Source: Marsupella aquatica (taxonomy: Eukaryota > Plantae > Marchantiophyta). Taken from it: a stretch of 64,000 nucleotides of DNA. Of this stretch, positions 10,907-22,348 are shown piece after piece. The notes beneath the pieces are model-generated. The model saw only the letters and a list, made by a program, of their open reading frames with translations, did not search any database and was not told the DNA's origin. Made by a program: the position numbers and the translations under genes. Within the stretch, counting starts at the first letter, position 1. Each line of letters opens with the position of its first letter. Where the stretch lies: the NCBI GenBank assembly GCA_973895155.1, contig OZ316895.1, forward strand, positions 20,846,803-20,910,802. Direction: 5' to 3'.

Positions 10907-12776
10907 CTAGTCCTCATCCTCCTCCTCACTCACGGTGCCATGGCTTGAGCCCCGTGAGTTGGTCTCTTCATCGCTCTCAATTGGAGTGGAGACTACTCCG
11001 CTTCTCTTCTTCTTCACAGGTGTACTCCTCCCGCTAGTGCTTCCTTGCTTCCTCAATGCTGCCAAGGCTTGCCAAGCCCTGACATAGCCCTCACCGATGG
11101 TATCCTTCCACAATGTAGCCTCCTCTCCAGATTGCAACTCCAACGGTAAAAGCTGCCCGGTGGCCATGGGAGTCCCTGGTGTCACAGATCTGGACGGCAT
11201 CCCTGGGGTTCCTGTATTGACCTGGGCCTCCCGTAACAACTTACGTACCTCCTTGAGCTTTTCCTCCAAGCTCTTATTCTTCTCCTGATTCTTCTTGGCT
11301 GCTTCCAATAGGGGACCGTACTTCTCACTTACTTCCTTCACCACCATCTCAATGGCCTTGGAGACCAGGTCAAGGGAAAGCGTGGAGCTAGGTGGGCAGG
11401 GACTTTTCCGCTTCCCCAGACTCAAGGCCTCACTCCTTTTGGCCCTAGTCTCAAAGATCCCCACCTGACTCCGTAGTTCTGCAATCTGGCCTCTTCACCT
11501 TTCCACTTCTCCCGTGTCCCACTTCTCTTTGGCCAATGCTTCTCTCAGCACTCCAACTTCCTCCGCTTCTTTGGCCTTAGTAGACAGGGCCCCCCTCAAG
11601 TGAGAAATCTCCACTTGAGCCGCCTGGAGCAGCTTGGCCTTCTCTTGTATGGCCTCCTCCTTAGCTTTTATCACCTCCTTCATCGACGTGGCACCCTGCT
11701 GCAATGTTTCCACCCTTGCGTTGGCCTGTTTGAGCGCATCTCTCAATGTGTGGGCTAGCTTGAGCCCCTCATGGGCCCCTTCACAAAAATCCCGTAATTC
11801 CGCCAAGTAGACCTCTGGAATGTCATAGGCAAGGGGCTCCTTCAGGTTCCCCACCAAAGATTCCAGCCACTCCAATGTGTACTCCTCATCCTGGATGTCT
11901 TCCTCCACTTGACTGTGTCCTATTCCTGCTGACACTGCTGACACCTCCATGAGTTTCCCCAAGATGGTAGTGGCAATGCTGCGGATTTCCGTGGTAAGGG
12001 ATGACCCAGCTTCTTCGGGCCCCGGGGAGGTAATCAATCCTTCTGCCGTGGCCAACAAAAATGACCCCATCAAATGCAAAGCTCCCCCTGGTTTCAGACT
12101 CTTGGGTTCAACAGCCAATAGCCTTGTCAATCCGTAATACCACCATCCGTAAGCATGGGCTGGATATTTCCGAATATCCAGAGTGATTATGAAATGTTCC
12201 CCATTCACTACCCCGGATTGCACATTACCGAGGACCCGTTGATGAACCTTGGCCAGAAATTCCTTGTGCGCTGCATCCTTGATGGCCGAGAGGTGAATGG
12301 CCGTGGTGGAGGTAGGATTGTTCACCCAGCATGCCACCATTGTCAACGTGAGATCCCTGACAATGTTCCGGGGGGTGAATGAGAACTGCTGGTTCTCCAA
12401 AAACAACAGCTTAGCCAATTCGGCATGAGGTACCAAACGCTGAATACATGCGAAATAAATCCCCTCCGTGCGCAATTCCATTCCAGCCTCCAAGTCCCAA
12501 CTCTTCCCTAGAGGGATTCTAATCTACTCTCATGAAGTCGGTGAGCCCGGTGGCCTGGAATATAGCCTTGCAATCCTCCATCACCTTGGCAGAGGTCTTG
12601 GGATAAATTTGACGGAAAACCTTCCTCATAACCGGTGCTAGACTTGCTGCCGGTCTAGTGCTCATTGCCGCTCTTCTATCTCCTCCCTCCTCCTCAATTA
12701 GTGTCGCAATGTACTCACGGTAAGCGGCTTTGTATCTACAAATGCGCGCTGCGCTGAACTCAGGCTGATCAAGCAT
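10907..12776 (-). pseudogene. Retrotransposon accessory ORF (~620 aa if repaired) with long C-terminal coiled coil
   Basis: ORFs 11495..12493 and 10907..11464 share a frame and are separated by a single TGA; 12519..12776 joins by a frameshift; heptad-rich LRDALKQANARVETLQQ...LEEKLKEVRKLLREAQ; same strand as gag. Confidence 0.6.
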
Positions 12777-14822
12777 CCATGCTCAGGAACAATTCCCAAT
12801 CACAAAATCCCTTCACCTCCTTGAAATCTTGGCCCAAACGGCCCCCGTATCACGATTAAGAACCACCCTCAATTTCCCAAGAGTCACTCAATGCCGTCGC
12901 CGCTAATGCCCGGAAAAAATGAGTCACCAAGCTCCCATAATCAACCATGAGAGAGCTTCAAAAAGTGTAAGAGCTGGTAGTGAGCTTTCGGCATTGGGGA
13001 AATTGCTTTCGGAAATGAGGGCAGAGTGCTTTCGGCCAAGGAAAGAGTTGCACGCGCGAAGAAGGAAGCAAAGAGAAAAAAACAAAGGAAAAAAACAAAG
13101 GGGAAGGAATTCAATCCTCCCCGTTTTACCCCGAGCCAACCTCCATGCGCCTGCCACCTCGCGGCGACCTCCCCGCTATCGGGAGCATTTAATGCCCCTC
13201 CCGGCCCTCTCCCCGCTCGCCAGGCAGGGGGGCTGCTCACTGCCTCCCCGCACCTCCTGGCTCCTCCTTTGGCGGCCCTCTATGCCCGGCTCCGTTTGTG
13301 GTCGGGGAAATTTAATCCCCCTCCGACCCCGTCACGCAGCCCTATGCAGGGCGCGTTCCCTTGCCCCGGCAGCTCCTCCCGGTTTCTGCAATTCCCATCG
13401 TGCTCGCAGGAGGGCATAATGGTTCCCCCCCCCTCACTACTCACGGCTCGCGGGAGGGAGCGCTGCCTCCTTGCTCCTGGCTTGCCCCCCAGTCTTCGCG
13501 CCCTATTGCCTCGGGTTCTGCTGGTGGGCTCGCAGCCCTATGCAGGGCTCGCTCCCTCCTCGCGGAGCCCCTTTTAGCGCCCTCGCCCCAGCTGCGCCTT
13601 GGCTCTCCGGCTGCCATTTGGCCCCCTCCCAGGAGGATAAAATTAGCCTTTCCCCCTGGCTTCCTGCGCTCCTTTTTGGGGGATTTAATTCCCCCCCCAC
13701 TTCTTTAGTCCTTCCCGGCCTTCAACGCGCATCGGCCCGGCTCACGCCCTTCTCCTCCTTATTACTCGCAGAGCTCCTTTCTTAGCCCCCCAAGATTCCA
13801 CGTGTCAAGCCCTAGAGGCGCCCCTTATGGCCCCCATGATTTACAAGGGGTTTTCCCCCTCAACCCATAAAACTTAAAGTTTTCTCCTTAGACCTTGCTA
13901 TTGGGGTCTCAAAAATAGCCCAAGTTAAACAGTAAATCCTACGACCGCTTACGTTGCCGTAAACCTCAGAACTATCGTGATAGAGAAAAAAATAAGTTAA
14001 GCCCCCGACATTACCAAATTAAAATGACGGAAGTAACTTCAACTTTTTTTCTTTTTTCTTTTAAAAAAAAAACTCGGTATTTACAATGGTTATTTACATG
14101 GCACAACCCAGTTAAACAACTATCAAGGATTTTCAGTGACGGGGACCCCATCACAACCTTCATGATCATTGAAGCTAATTGCCTCAATAAACTTCAATCT
14201 TGGACCTTTTCCATGACATGCCGCATTATTTATCTTGATCCTACTCATCTCCAAATAAATGTCTAACTATCAATGAACCCAATCCAAGCATTTTACTATT
14301 AAAGCACCATTGCTAATTTCTTTCTCTTCATTCCTTTCAATATTTTATGATATTCAACTTGGAAGTTTGAGTCTAGAGGGCACTTTACCCATTTCCAATA
14401 ACTCCCTTGTCTAAAGATGAAATTCTGCTATACTGAGGATGCCTAGAAACATTTTGAAAAGAGATTTCCAATGAGTCTAACATTGTCAGATATTGATGTC
14501 ATCAATATTAAAGAGATAACAAATTTTTTGAATTGTGCTAACATTCAATGTCATTCTAGCTAGCTATCCTGCCAACAGAAAATACTTTCAAATTTCTCCT
14601 TGATCTCTTGATGAAACAATTTGTGCTTAGAATCCTTAGAACTGTTTTGCAAAGATGCTTTCAATCAGCTTAACATTTTAAATTATGTCAAGTATTGACA
14701 AACTCATGAATTGTTGACTTTCTCTACACTTCTTTGAATGTCTAGCTATGTTCTTTGAATCTTCCAATGTTACTTGTCAAGTACAAAGGCAATCATGATT
14801 TTTCCGAATCTCTTTAGGATTC

Positions 14823-17800
14823 TGTCGGATGCCGATTCAGTAGTAGTTGTTAACTGGAGTTAAAAATGGAGTAACTAGAGGTAGAAGTAGCCGTGGTTAG
14901 AAGTAAAATAAGGTTAAAAGTAAAATTGGTGCATGATAATTAGTGGAAGGATGAGAAGACTAGGTAGTAAGCGTCAGTGTAAGTTTGGTAAGACTAAGAT
15001 AGGTTACAAAATACACAGCACAAATTAGTGGTTAAAATGCCTATAGTATAAAATTAAGAAATAGCTTGCTCGACGTAATTATAGAAAAGTGGCAGAATAG
15101 ATTTAGACCCGAAAACTTAAGAATTAGGTAGACTTAGGTGTAATAAACTCTGCCAAATTGTAGCTTAAATGGAAGTTGGAGCAAGGAGTGAAAGATTTAT
15201 GAAGTAGGGCATTTGTTATTAGAATAAGATAGTTACCATAGAAGTTAGTTGCTGGCTTTCAATACAAGTAGGAGGTGTTACCAGAGTTAGTTGAGAAGAC
15301 CATGTGTCATCACATGAGCCCTTCTCATAAGGACATGGGATACAAAAATCAAGTGGAGCTTACGTAGCATGTCAGACAACAAAATTCAAGCAACAATTCA
15401 AGGAGAATAGTTGGTGGCATTGAAGGGGAAGAGAAAATTTTCCATAACGACAAGCAGGGTGGACTCGTGAAAGACGGGAAACACAAGAATTAGTTGAATG
15501 TAAGGTAGGGAGGGATAAGGAATTGAAACTCACTACCATGAGAAAACCTGTGGTGCTCAAAGGAGCTCCGGAGATAGGGAAATTTCAGCTTCCTTGGAGC
15601 TATCGATGCCTCTACTACATTTAGAGTCATTGTGTGGTGTTGAATTGAGATTTTTGAGTGCGCTGCTAAGTTGAAGGACGCTGTTGAAGGAGGAAGCTGA
15701 AGCCAGGTTGTGATGCTGAAGCAGCATTGTGCTACTTCTTTCTTGCTACGCTACTGGAAAGAACCAGCTGACATTGAGATGGAGCTGCTGAGCTTTGCAG
15801 CTGAAATTGAGATGGAGCTAAGCTGCTAAAAGGGAGAGTGGTGCTGAATAAGAGCTTTGCTGAGCTGAGTGTGCTGCTAAACCAAGATTTTATGCTACTG
15901 GAGAACTACGTTGTTGAATAGATGTGATAAGTTGTTGGATTGAGAAGCAATTGCGCTGTTGAATGAAGATTTGTTAAATTGATGGAGCTGCTGAGCTTTG
16001 CAGCTGACATTGAGATAGAGCTACGCTGTTGGAGAGATTGTTGTTGAAGAAAAAAGAAGAAGCATCGAGCTGCCTTGTGTAGCTTGTATTGCACTTCTTT
16101 GTGTTGCGACAATCTTGCCGCTTCGCACAACATCGAGAGTTGTTGTGTGCTCTACTTTGAACAGCTTAGTAGCGCTACACAATACTGATGGTGAATGCGA
16201 CTTGTTGCATGCTAGGGGATTCGAGTGGGCTACCAGGGAGCACTCTTGGCTCTTCGGTTAAAGAGCTAGATCCCAACAACTATACTTGCAACAACATCCA
16301 TTATGGGCCATTTAGAGGACTTTGAGGCCTGTTCGAGGCCGGGTGAGGGACCAGGGCAAGTAAGGGAGGACATAGCAAGGGTCCTCAACTTCATGGAGGC
16401 CCGTGAGGCTATTTTTTTAATTTGAATGGAATGTGTTAAATAGGTTTTGTGTAGGCCTTAAAAGTGTTATTTGTAATCAGATGTTGATTTATTATGAAGT
16501 TGGCCACTTGGTGGATGCTGGTAGGTGATAGTGTTGCTATTAGGTAGGTAAGCCATTCACTTACAAGCAGTTGTAGACTAAATGCTAATACCAACAATCT
16601 ACCAAAAACAAACTCAAGCGGGAGTACTCTCCCCGTAAGTCTACAATTGAGTGAAGGATGACCTATACTTCTGTGGTTACCCGAGTCTCAGTGCCAAAAC
16701 CCAAGACTCAACGGTAACCCAGAACTCAACGGCATACTGATACTCAGTTGTAGGGTGAACTTAGAGTTTTTTCCTTGACAAATATTATTTTATGGATAGT
16801 TTGTACCTCAGGGTAGTTGTAAGAGTTACCAAGGGGGTACCCTGGTTACTCGTGTCACCACAAGGTTGCCATTGTTTGTAACTTGTGTGGAAACCAGAGT
16901 ACTGGTTGTAGTTAAATTGACCCACGGTAAAAGTAAAAACTTAACCCTGGTTAAACTTTAGCAAAAAATTAGTTACACTTGGGTTGAGTTCTAGGTGACC
17001 ATTAACCTGAGTTAGCACCGGGGTTAGCACCCTAGGTTTGGTTTGGTTTGGTTTGGTTTGGAGCTCTTGGGTGTTGAATAAAAGGGAGAAGTAGAGGGTT
17101 GTCTCCTCACTTGTTCACTTGTATACTCTCTTGTAGGCTGAGAGCTTGGGGGTTGGGCTCTCAATTGGAGAGTAGCAGCATAGGCTTAAGGCACTAAGGA
17201 GACTGGATAGAGAACCCATCCACTAGGTAGGCAGCAAGGGGAGAGTCAAGGGAAGTGTTGTGATCTGAACTTGTACTCTTTCCTATAGTAAAGGCTCATG
17301 TGTAAGCCTTAGCCTTGAATCTACTATCCAGTGAGAATGTGAGTCCAGTGAGCATGTATGCAGACTCAAGTGTGACTCAACACTAGAGGGGCGAAGCTTG
17401 AAGCTTGTGGATGAGAGAGGAACCAAGCACTTGTCTTGTTGCAATAGAAAGTGGCGGTCCCGAAGCCCTTGGTGAGGGAAGCTGAGGTAACTCTTGGGTA
17501 ATAGTCATATTGAGAATCAACAAGGACAGCTTGTGGGTGTGCACTTGCCATGTTGTGATTGGGAGTGAGGGTGTGTGAGTGTTTCCCAACGGGGGACCAG
17601 GGGCGTGATAGCCACCCCTCAAGGTTATCTTTCTAGCGGTGGAAATAAAAAACTACCTAGTTGGGTGTGTGAGTGAGAAACAAGGAATTAGAGAGAAAAG
17701 AGATATCATGTCCTTCTATTCGCCCGTGCTAGGAACCCGGACAACAATAAGAAGGGGCGTAAGTGGTGAAGATAGCCCTAGTGGAGAGTTAAGCCCCAAT

Positions 17801-18120
17801 CCATTGCAAGGTGTTGACAAATTCCAATAAGTCTCAGTGGTGGACCTAGCCATCCAACGCTCTTGCCAAACCAAGTACTCTTGCCTAAATACCCTTGGTG
17901 CCAAAAGGCCTACACAGAACTCCACAAACTGTAAGCAAATTGATGCCTCTATCAACGCCCATGGGAACTCCCATACAAAGCTGCATTTGCTCCTTAGTTT
18001 GCACGACCGTCATTCAATGGTCCCTATTGTCTGCACAAGCAACCAAACCCATCGGTAAGTAATTTGTCATGATCTTGGATCCCAAAACTATTGTCTTGCC
18101 TCAAGCTCAATAGTCGTTAG
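14823..18120. mobile_element. Probable degenerate LTR-retrotransposon non-coding sequence
   Basis: Starts TGTCGG, LTR-like composition with short internal repeats and a microsatellite; no recognisable protein domain and no partner terminus found. Confidence 0.3.
17035..17060. repeat. (GGTTT)5 microsatellite
   Basis: GGTTTGGTTTGGTTTGGTTTGGTTTGG read directly. Confidence 0.85.
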
Positions 18121-18168
18121 TAAATAGTACGTGTTAGACGTTTCCTCTTGGTACCCCGATCGCCGCTA

Positions 18169-18991
18169 CTCATGACTTGGGCTCGCCCTTGGCTCCCAGG
18201 GACACATCACTCTCCTCATATATGCTTTTGGAGACCTGCCACCCCAGACCGGCTTTGGTCCGCTATATTTGGCCCCTAACATGGACCCTCATTATCTGAG
18301 TGTTAAGGTAGTCGAGTTCCACAACTATAATATTGAGAGATAAATTTTACATATACTAATGAGATAGTGAGTTTCAGTCACGGAACTCGAATAATTTAAC
18401 ACTTAGCTCCAGCGTCGCTAACTCCGACGCCGAGCTCCCCTATGGCTCAGGCCCGGAATGGCAACCCGGGGAGGACTTAGCATGGGGAGACTTGTGGGCA
18501 ATGGGGCATGGCACTAGCAAAGGTGAGGCACTAAGTTGGTGACACACAGTCACTAAAGACTTAGACTAGCTGAGGGCTGGTTGGGTCAAGGGGAAAGGGC
18601 CGGGCTCAAGGTCGACCGTCCGGACCCCCGGACGGACTTTGAGTTCTGAGGGCTTGAGTGAGAACTCCTCTTGGGCCCGAGGCAAATGGAGTTTACTCCA
18701 TGGGTAACGCTTGGTGCACGAGTTACGGCCCGATCTGGGTTTGGCCGATCGGGGGCCCCGGACGATGACGGGATCCGAGGGCCTAGGCATGAGCATTGGG
18801 TCAGCCTGATCACAATGGGCTAACTAAGGCACTTCGCTTGCAGACGCCTAACTAGAACGTTATGGGTGTAGCCAGTTGGTGGCATGCTCGGACGTGCGGG
18901 TTGGCAGGGTCCGGGGGGTGGCAGGTCTCCATAAGCATATATGAGGGGAGTGGTGTCTCCTTGGGGCCTAAGGGCGAGCCGAAGTCGTGAG
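18169..18991. repeat. ~83-bp imperfect inverted repeat pair (18169-18250 / 18908-18991), foldback or MITE-like
   Basis: CTCATATATGCTTTTGGAGACCTGCCACCCC vs GGGGTGGCAGGTCTCCATAAGCATATATGAG, and GACTTGGGCTCGCCCTT vs AAGGGCGAGCCGAAGTC. Confidence 0.75.
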
Positions 18992-21324
18992 CCGCAACAA
19001 TTGCGACACTAATGGAAAATGCCAAACGGAAACGACAATAACTTCCCGACTAGAAGTCCATTGGAGGACTTCCTGGGTGCATTGGAAAGATCTGGAGGAG
19101 GACTACATCCTCCTTAGATCATCTGGGTCTAGGGGGTGCCATGGGTTCTTGGGGTTTGCGGGGGCTATCTTGCTTGCTTGCCAAATCTTACTGAAACAAC
19201 AGCCAACCCGCATTCAGTCTCTCAAGGGAGATTGCGTTGGGGAGGCAAGGCCAAGTAGGCATGGAGGTTGAGGTCCAAGGGCACTTGGTCCCTACACCAT
19301 CAGTTGGTTGCTAGAGTCGGGGCCATTCTAGTCCCGACGTGTTGGGACAAGCTTTAGGACAAGATACATTATTGGGCCATGAGCATGTCCTGGGGGTAGG
19401 GCGGTAAGTTGGTGATGGATAGATACAAGGGGAAACCCGGCTGCACCCAAGGAAGGAGCTGTTATGGACAAACAATGGGTGTCGATTCTGGTTCCGGCTT
19501 ATGGCATCGGAAGGACCTATCGCTGACCTACTTACCAATGTCTGTTGAGCTTGAGTTAGGATGCTAGACTCGGGAGATCTAGATCCGGAGGGGTTACTTA
19601 CCAAAGTGCTTGGTTGCTTGTGCAGACAATGAAGACCGTTGAGCGACGGTTGTGCTAGAGAGCAAGTGCGGCTTCGTATGGGAGGGGTCGCAAGTGGTGT
19701 TGAGGGCACCAAGTTGCTTGCTTGAGGAATTCCGTGGAGGCGTCCAGGCACCAAGGGCACTTGGGCGTGGGTGTTGGGCCCGGTGTTGGGATTGGTGAGG
19801 GTGCTAAGTGGCTAGGTCCACCACTTTTTCTGAACTTCTCTAGCTTTCCGATGAACTTGACATAAACATGATTTGTGTAGTACTAAGAAGATTATAAAAT
19901 ACTATGGAGATGAATTATCTTATTTTACAATATATGTGAAGCCCAAAGGGTTCTAATTGTTTACATTTATGTCATAACTTCCCAAGAATTAAAGAATTAA
20001 ATCATTGAATGTAAACTATTGATGGCATTGATTCTTCCCATGGGAGTCCATAAATAGAAGAAAAAAGTCTAAAAAATTGTTCAAGGAACTTACCAAGGAA
20101 ATTTAATTAATATGACTTAGACACACAAATGTTTCAAGATACACATTGGTGCACTCTTTGCATGTGGATTAGGAATTACTGTGTAAAGTGCTTCTACTGA
20201 ATTTTATTTAATATCATTGAAAGCAAAACAAATACATACCTAGAGGAGAGGGTGAGGCTGATGCTTGAATGTAGCACAACTTTATATAAACCACAGTTGC
20301 CATATAAAATGGGGCCTTCCTCTAACCTGAGTGTGTTCATTGCCTATATGAGGGGTAGACCTACTCAGTAGGCTCTTGCACTTATACCCTCATACCATCG
20401 TGGACCCTCATACCCTTAATACAATTTTTGGTGATTCCTCAAGAGAAATACTGATTTTTTATATGGTTATTTGGGGAATATGTATAACTACATTTTGAGC
20501 TGTAGATTGCCCATGACGGTGAACTAACAATATGACATTGATACTAAAAACATCACCAAAATATAATATGCTACAGTTTACCCAAAGTACTTTGGGAACT
20601 TGTGGTTTAGAGTTTAGACTTCAGGCTAGTACCTAGTTTTTTAGTCTACTCCAAGTAGCAATCTTGGTCAAATGAAAAGTGACCCCAACCCTTACTGGAT
20701 AGTTTTACCCCACTCTAGAAATCATCTTCACACCACTCTGGATTACAATTTTTGAAACCAAGCTACGAACCCGCTAGAAAGTCAACAATGTACACTGCCT
20801 CCCAAATACAGATCCAGGAACCAATATACCTGATGCCTGAAATCCAATAACATCAGAGTGAATAGGTTTGACATGACTTTAATATGCATTTGGTCCACAC
20901 CCAGTTACACAATAAGACTTCCCTGGCCCTATGGTTAAAGATTGATGCCCTTACACTGTCCCCTTGTAGCTCCGACACAATTATGCTATGCGATGCCCCT
21001 TTCTATCTATCTAAACGGTATGACATGGAATCCCACTTTTTCTTTCTCATCATCTCTTTACAAAATATTATTTTGGAGGGAAGCCTCCCTGACCATTCTA
21101 TTATGGACATTTTTTTCCTAACCAAGAGATGGTCCTAAAGGTGCCACTTTCTTCATTTGTCCGACTCCTCATAGGATCTAAACAGGTACATTGGCACCAA
21201 CTCCCATGGGATCCTCTTGCTTATGCTTGACAACACTGCTGCTCAACATCAAGTACCGTTGACAACACTCTACTACGCACAGGCATTGGGCAAGTAGTAA
21301 ATACTAGCCAGCTCTTGTAAAGTT

Positions 21325-21456
21325 GTAAAGATTTCACTCTCTCATTCCATCATCAATGAGGTGTGGAATATTGATAGTTAGACACAAGGGTGTAACTTGT
21401 TTGCAAGCTTGTGACTCCGAGCATCATGACTCCGGGCCTACTAGGAGGCCACAAGC
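21325..21456 (-). pseudogene. Displaced copy of the DUF247-like gene 3' end
   Basis: Aligns with 28478-28613 (GTAAAGATTT..CTCTCTCATTCCATCAT..ATGAGGTGTGG..GCAAGCTTGTGACTCC..GGAGGCCACAAGC) and with the true last codons at 28790-28890. Confidence 0.75.
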
Positions 21457-21539
21457 GACATAATTTTTGTACGGAATGGAGGTTACCTGTTTAACCATTT
21501 TTGGAGGTGCCTCTTATTCCCATAATCTCTTGCATGCAA

Positions 21540-21576
21540 TTTTTTTCCGACATTGCTATATGGTGAATGCACGTTT
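21540..21576 (+). repeat. Left 37-bp direct repeat of the HUH element
   Basis: Identical to 27238-27274. Confidence 0.9.
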
Positions 21577-21877
21577 ACGTTTTTTTCCCCATTTGTTTCT
21601 GGCAAAATTAGATTTTTGATTAGCTTTTAGAGTAAGGCATTTCTCATAATAATGTCTTCTGGAGTATTTTTGGACCCCTCTAGTCAAAAAAATTATTCTT
21701 GGTCATCTTAATTTAATTTTCTCCTCTAAAAAACATTTAAGATTGCATTTTACCCTAGAATAAGCAATGTCTGAAAAAATTTTGCAGACGCCAATTCCAA
21801 AGTAACGACTAGCACAAAACTTCTCAATAGTGTCACATGTCCACCCAAAAACAATGTCGGAAAAAAATTTGACGACA

Positions 21878-22152
21878 GCAACTGCAAAATAATGATTTTC
21901 CTTTAAAAATCTGTGCACATTATGAATCCAGGGAGGAGTTATCCACAAAATGCTTCATGGTTTCATGAATCCAAGGACTCGGGTGGGAAAGTGAACCCCA
22001 CATTGTATGTAAATTTGAAGAGAGCAATTGCAAAATAATGATTTTGCTTTAAAAATTTGTGCACATTATGAATTTATAGAGTTATCCACAAAATGCTTCA
22101 TAGTTTCATGAATCCAAGGACTTTGGTGGGGAATTGAACCCCACACTGTATG
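21878..22152. repeat. Tandem duplication of ~130 bp (period ~145) downstream of the HUH ORF
   Basis: GCAAAATAATGATTTT...GTGCACATTATGAAT...GAGTTATCCACAAAATGCTTCAT...GAACCCCACA.TGTATGT at ~21878 and ~22023. Confidence 0.85.
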
Positions 22153-22348
22153 TGTATACAGTCCTCCAGGCAGAGTAACCCCCCTCCCCCCCTCTCTTCT
22201 TTCGTTCCCATTCACTTCCCACACAAACAAAAAATGTACTTTAAATATGTTTATTTATTCTCTCACTCTCATCTATAAACTTACCGTGTCATAAAAATTA
22301 AGTACAAGTTGACAAATACTTCCTGTAATACTTACTTGACACTCAGTT

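Larger units (their letters stand above)
7349..14010 (-). mobile_element. Deleted Ty3/gypsy LTR retrotransposon (Tat/Athila-like), gag only, plus extra ORF; right boundary uncertain
   Basis: ~140-bp direct repeat starting TGTCACCTGC at 7349 and 9796; minus-strand PBS TGGCGCCGCTGCAGGGGAAC near 9757-9776; disrupted gag between them; candidate outer LTR termini CCCCAACA (10553) or CCCCCGACA (14010); no matching TSD found. Confidence 0.75.

Noticed and set aside
12919-13785. Several long overlapping ORFs on both strands
   Set aside because: GC-rich low-complexity retroelement sequence lacking stops by composition.
7344-14015. TSD for the gypsy remnant
   Set aside because: Left flank ACCTT matches neither TCACT (after 10553) nor TTACC (after 14010).
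20400-21300. Possible LINE reverse-transcriptase relic (minus strand KQEDPMG, like QGDPLG)
   Set aside because: One weak motif amid many stops; insufficient without a profile search.
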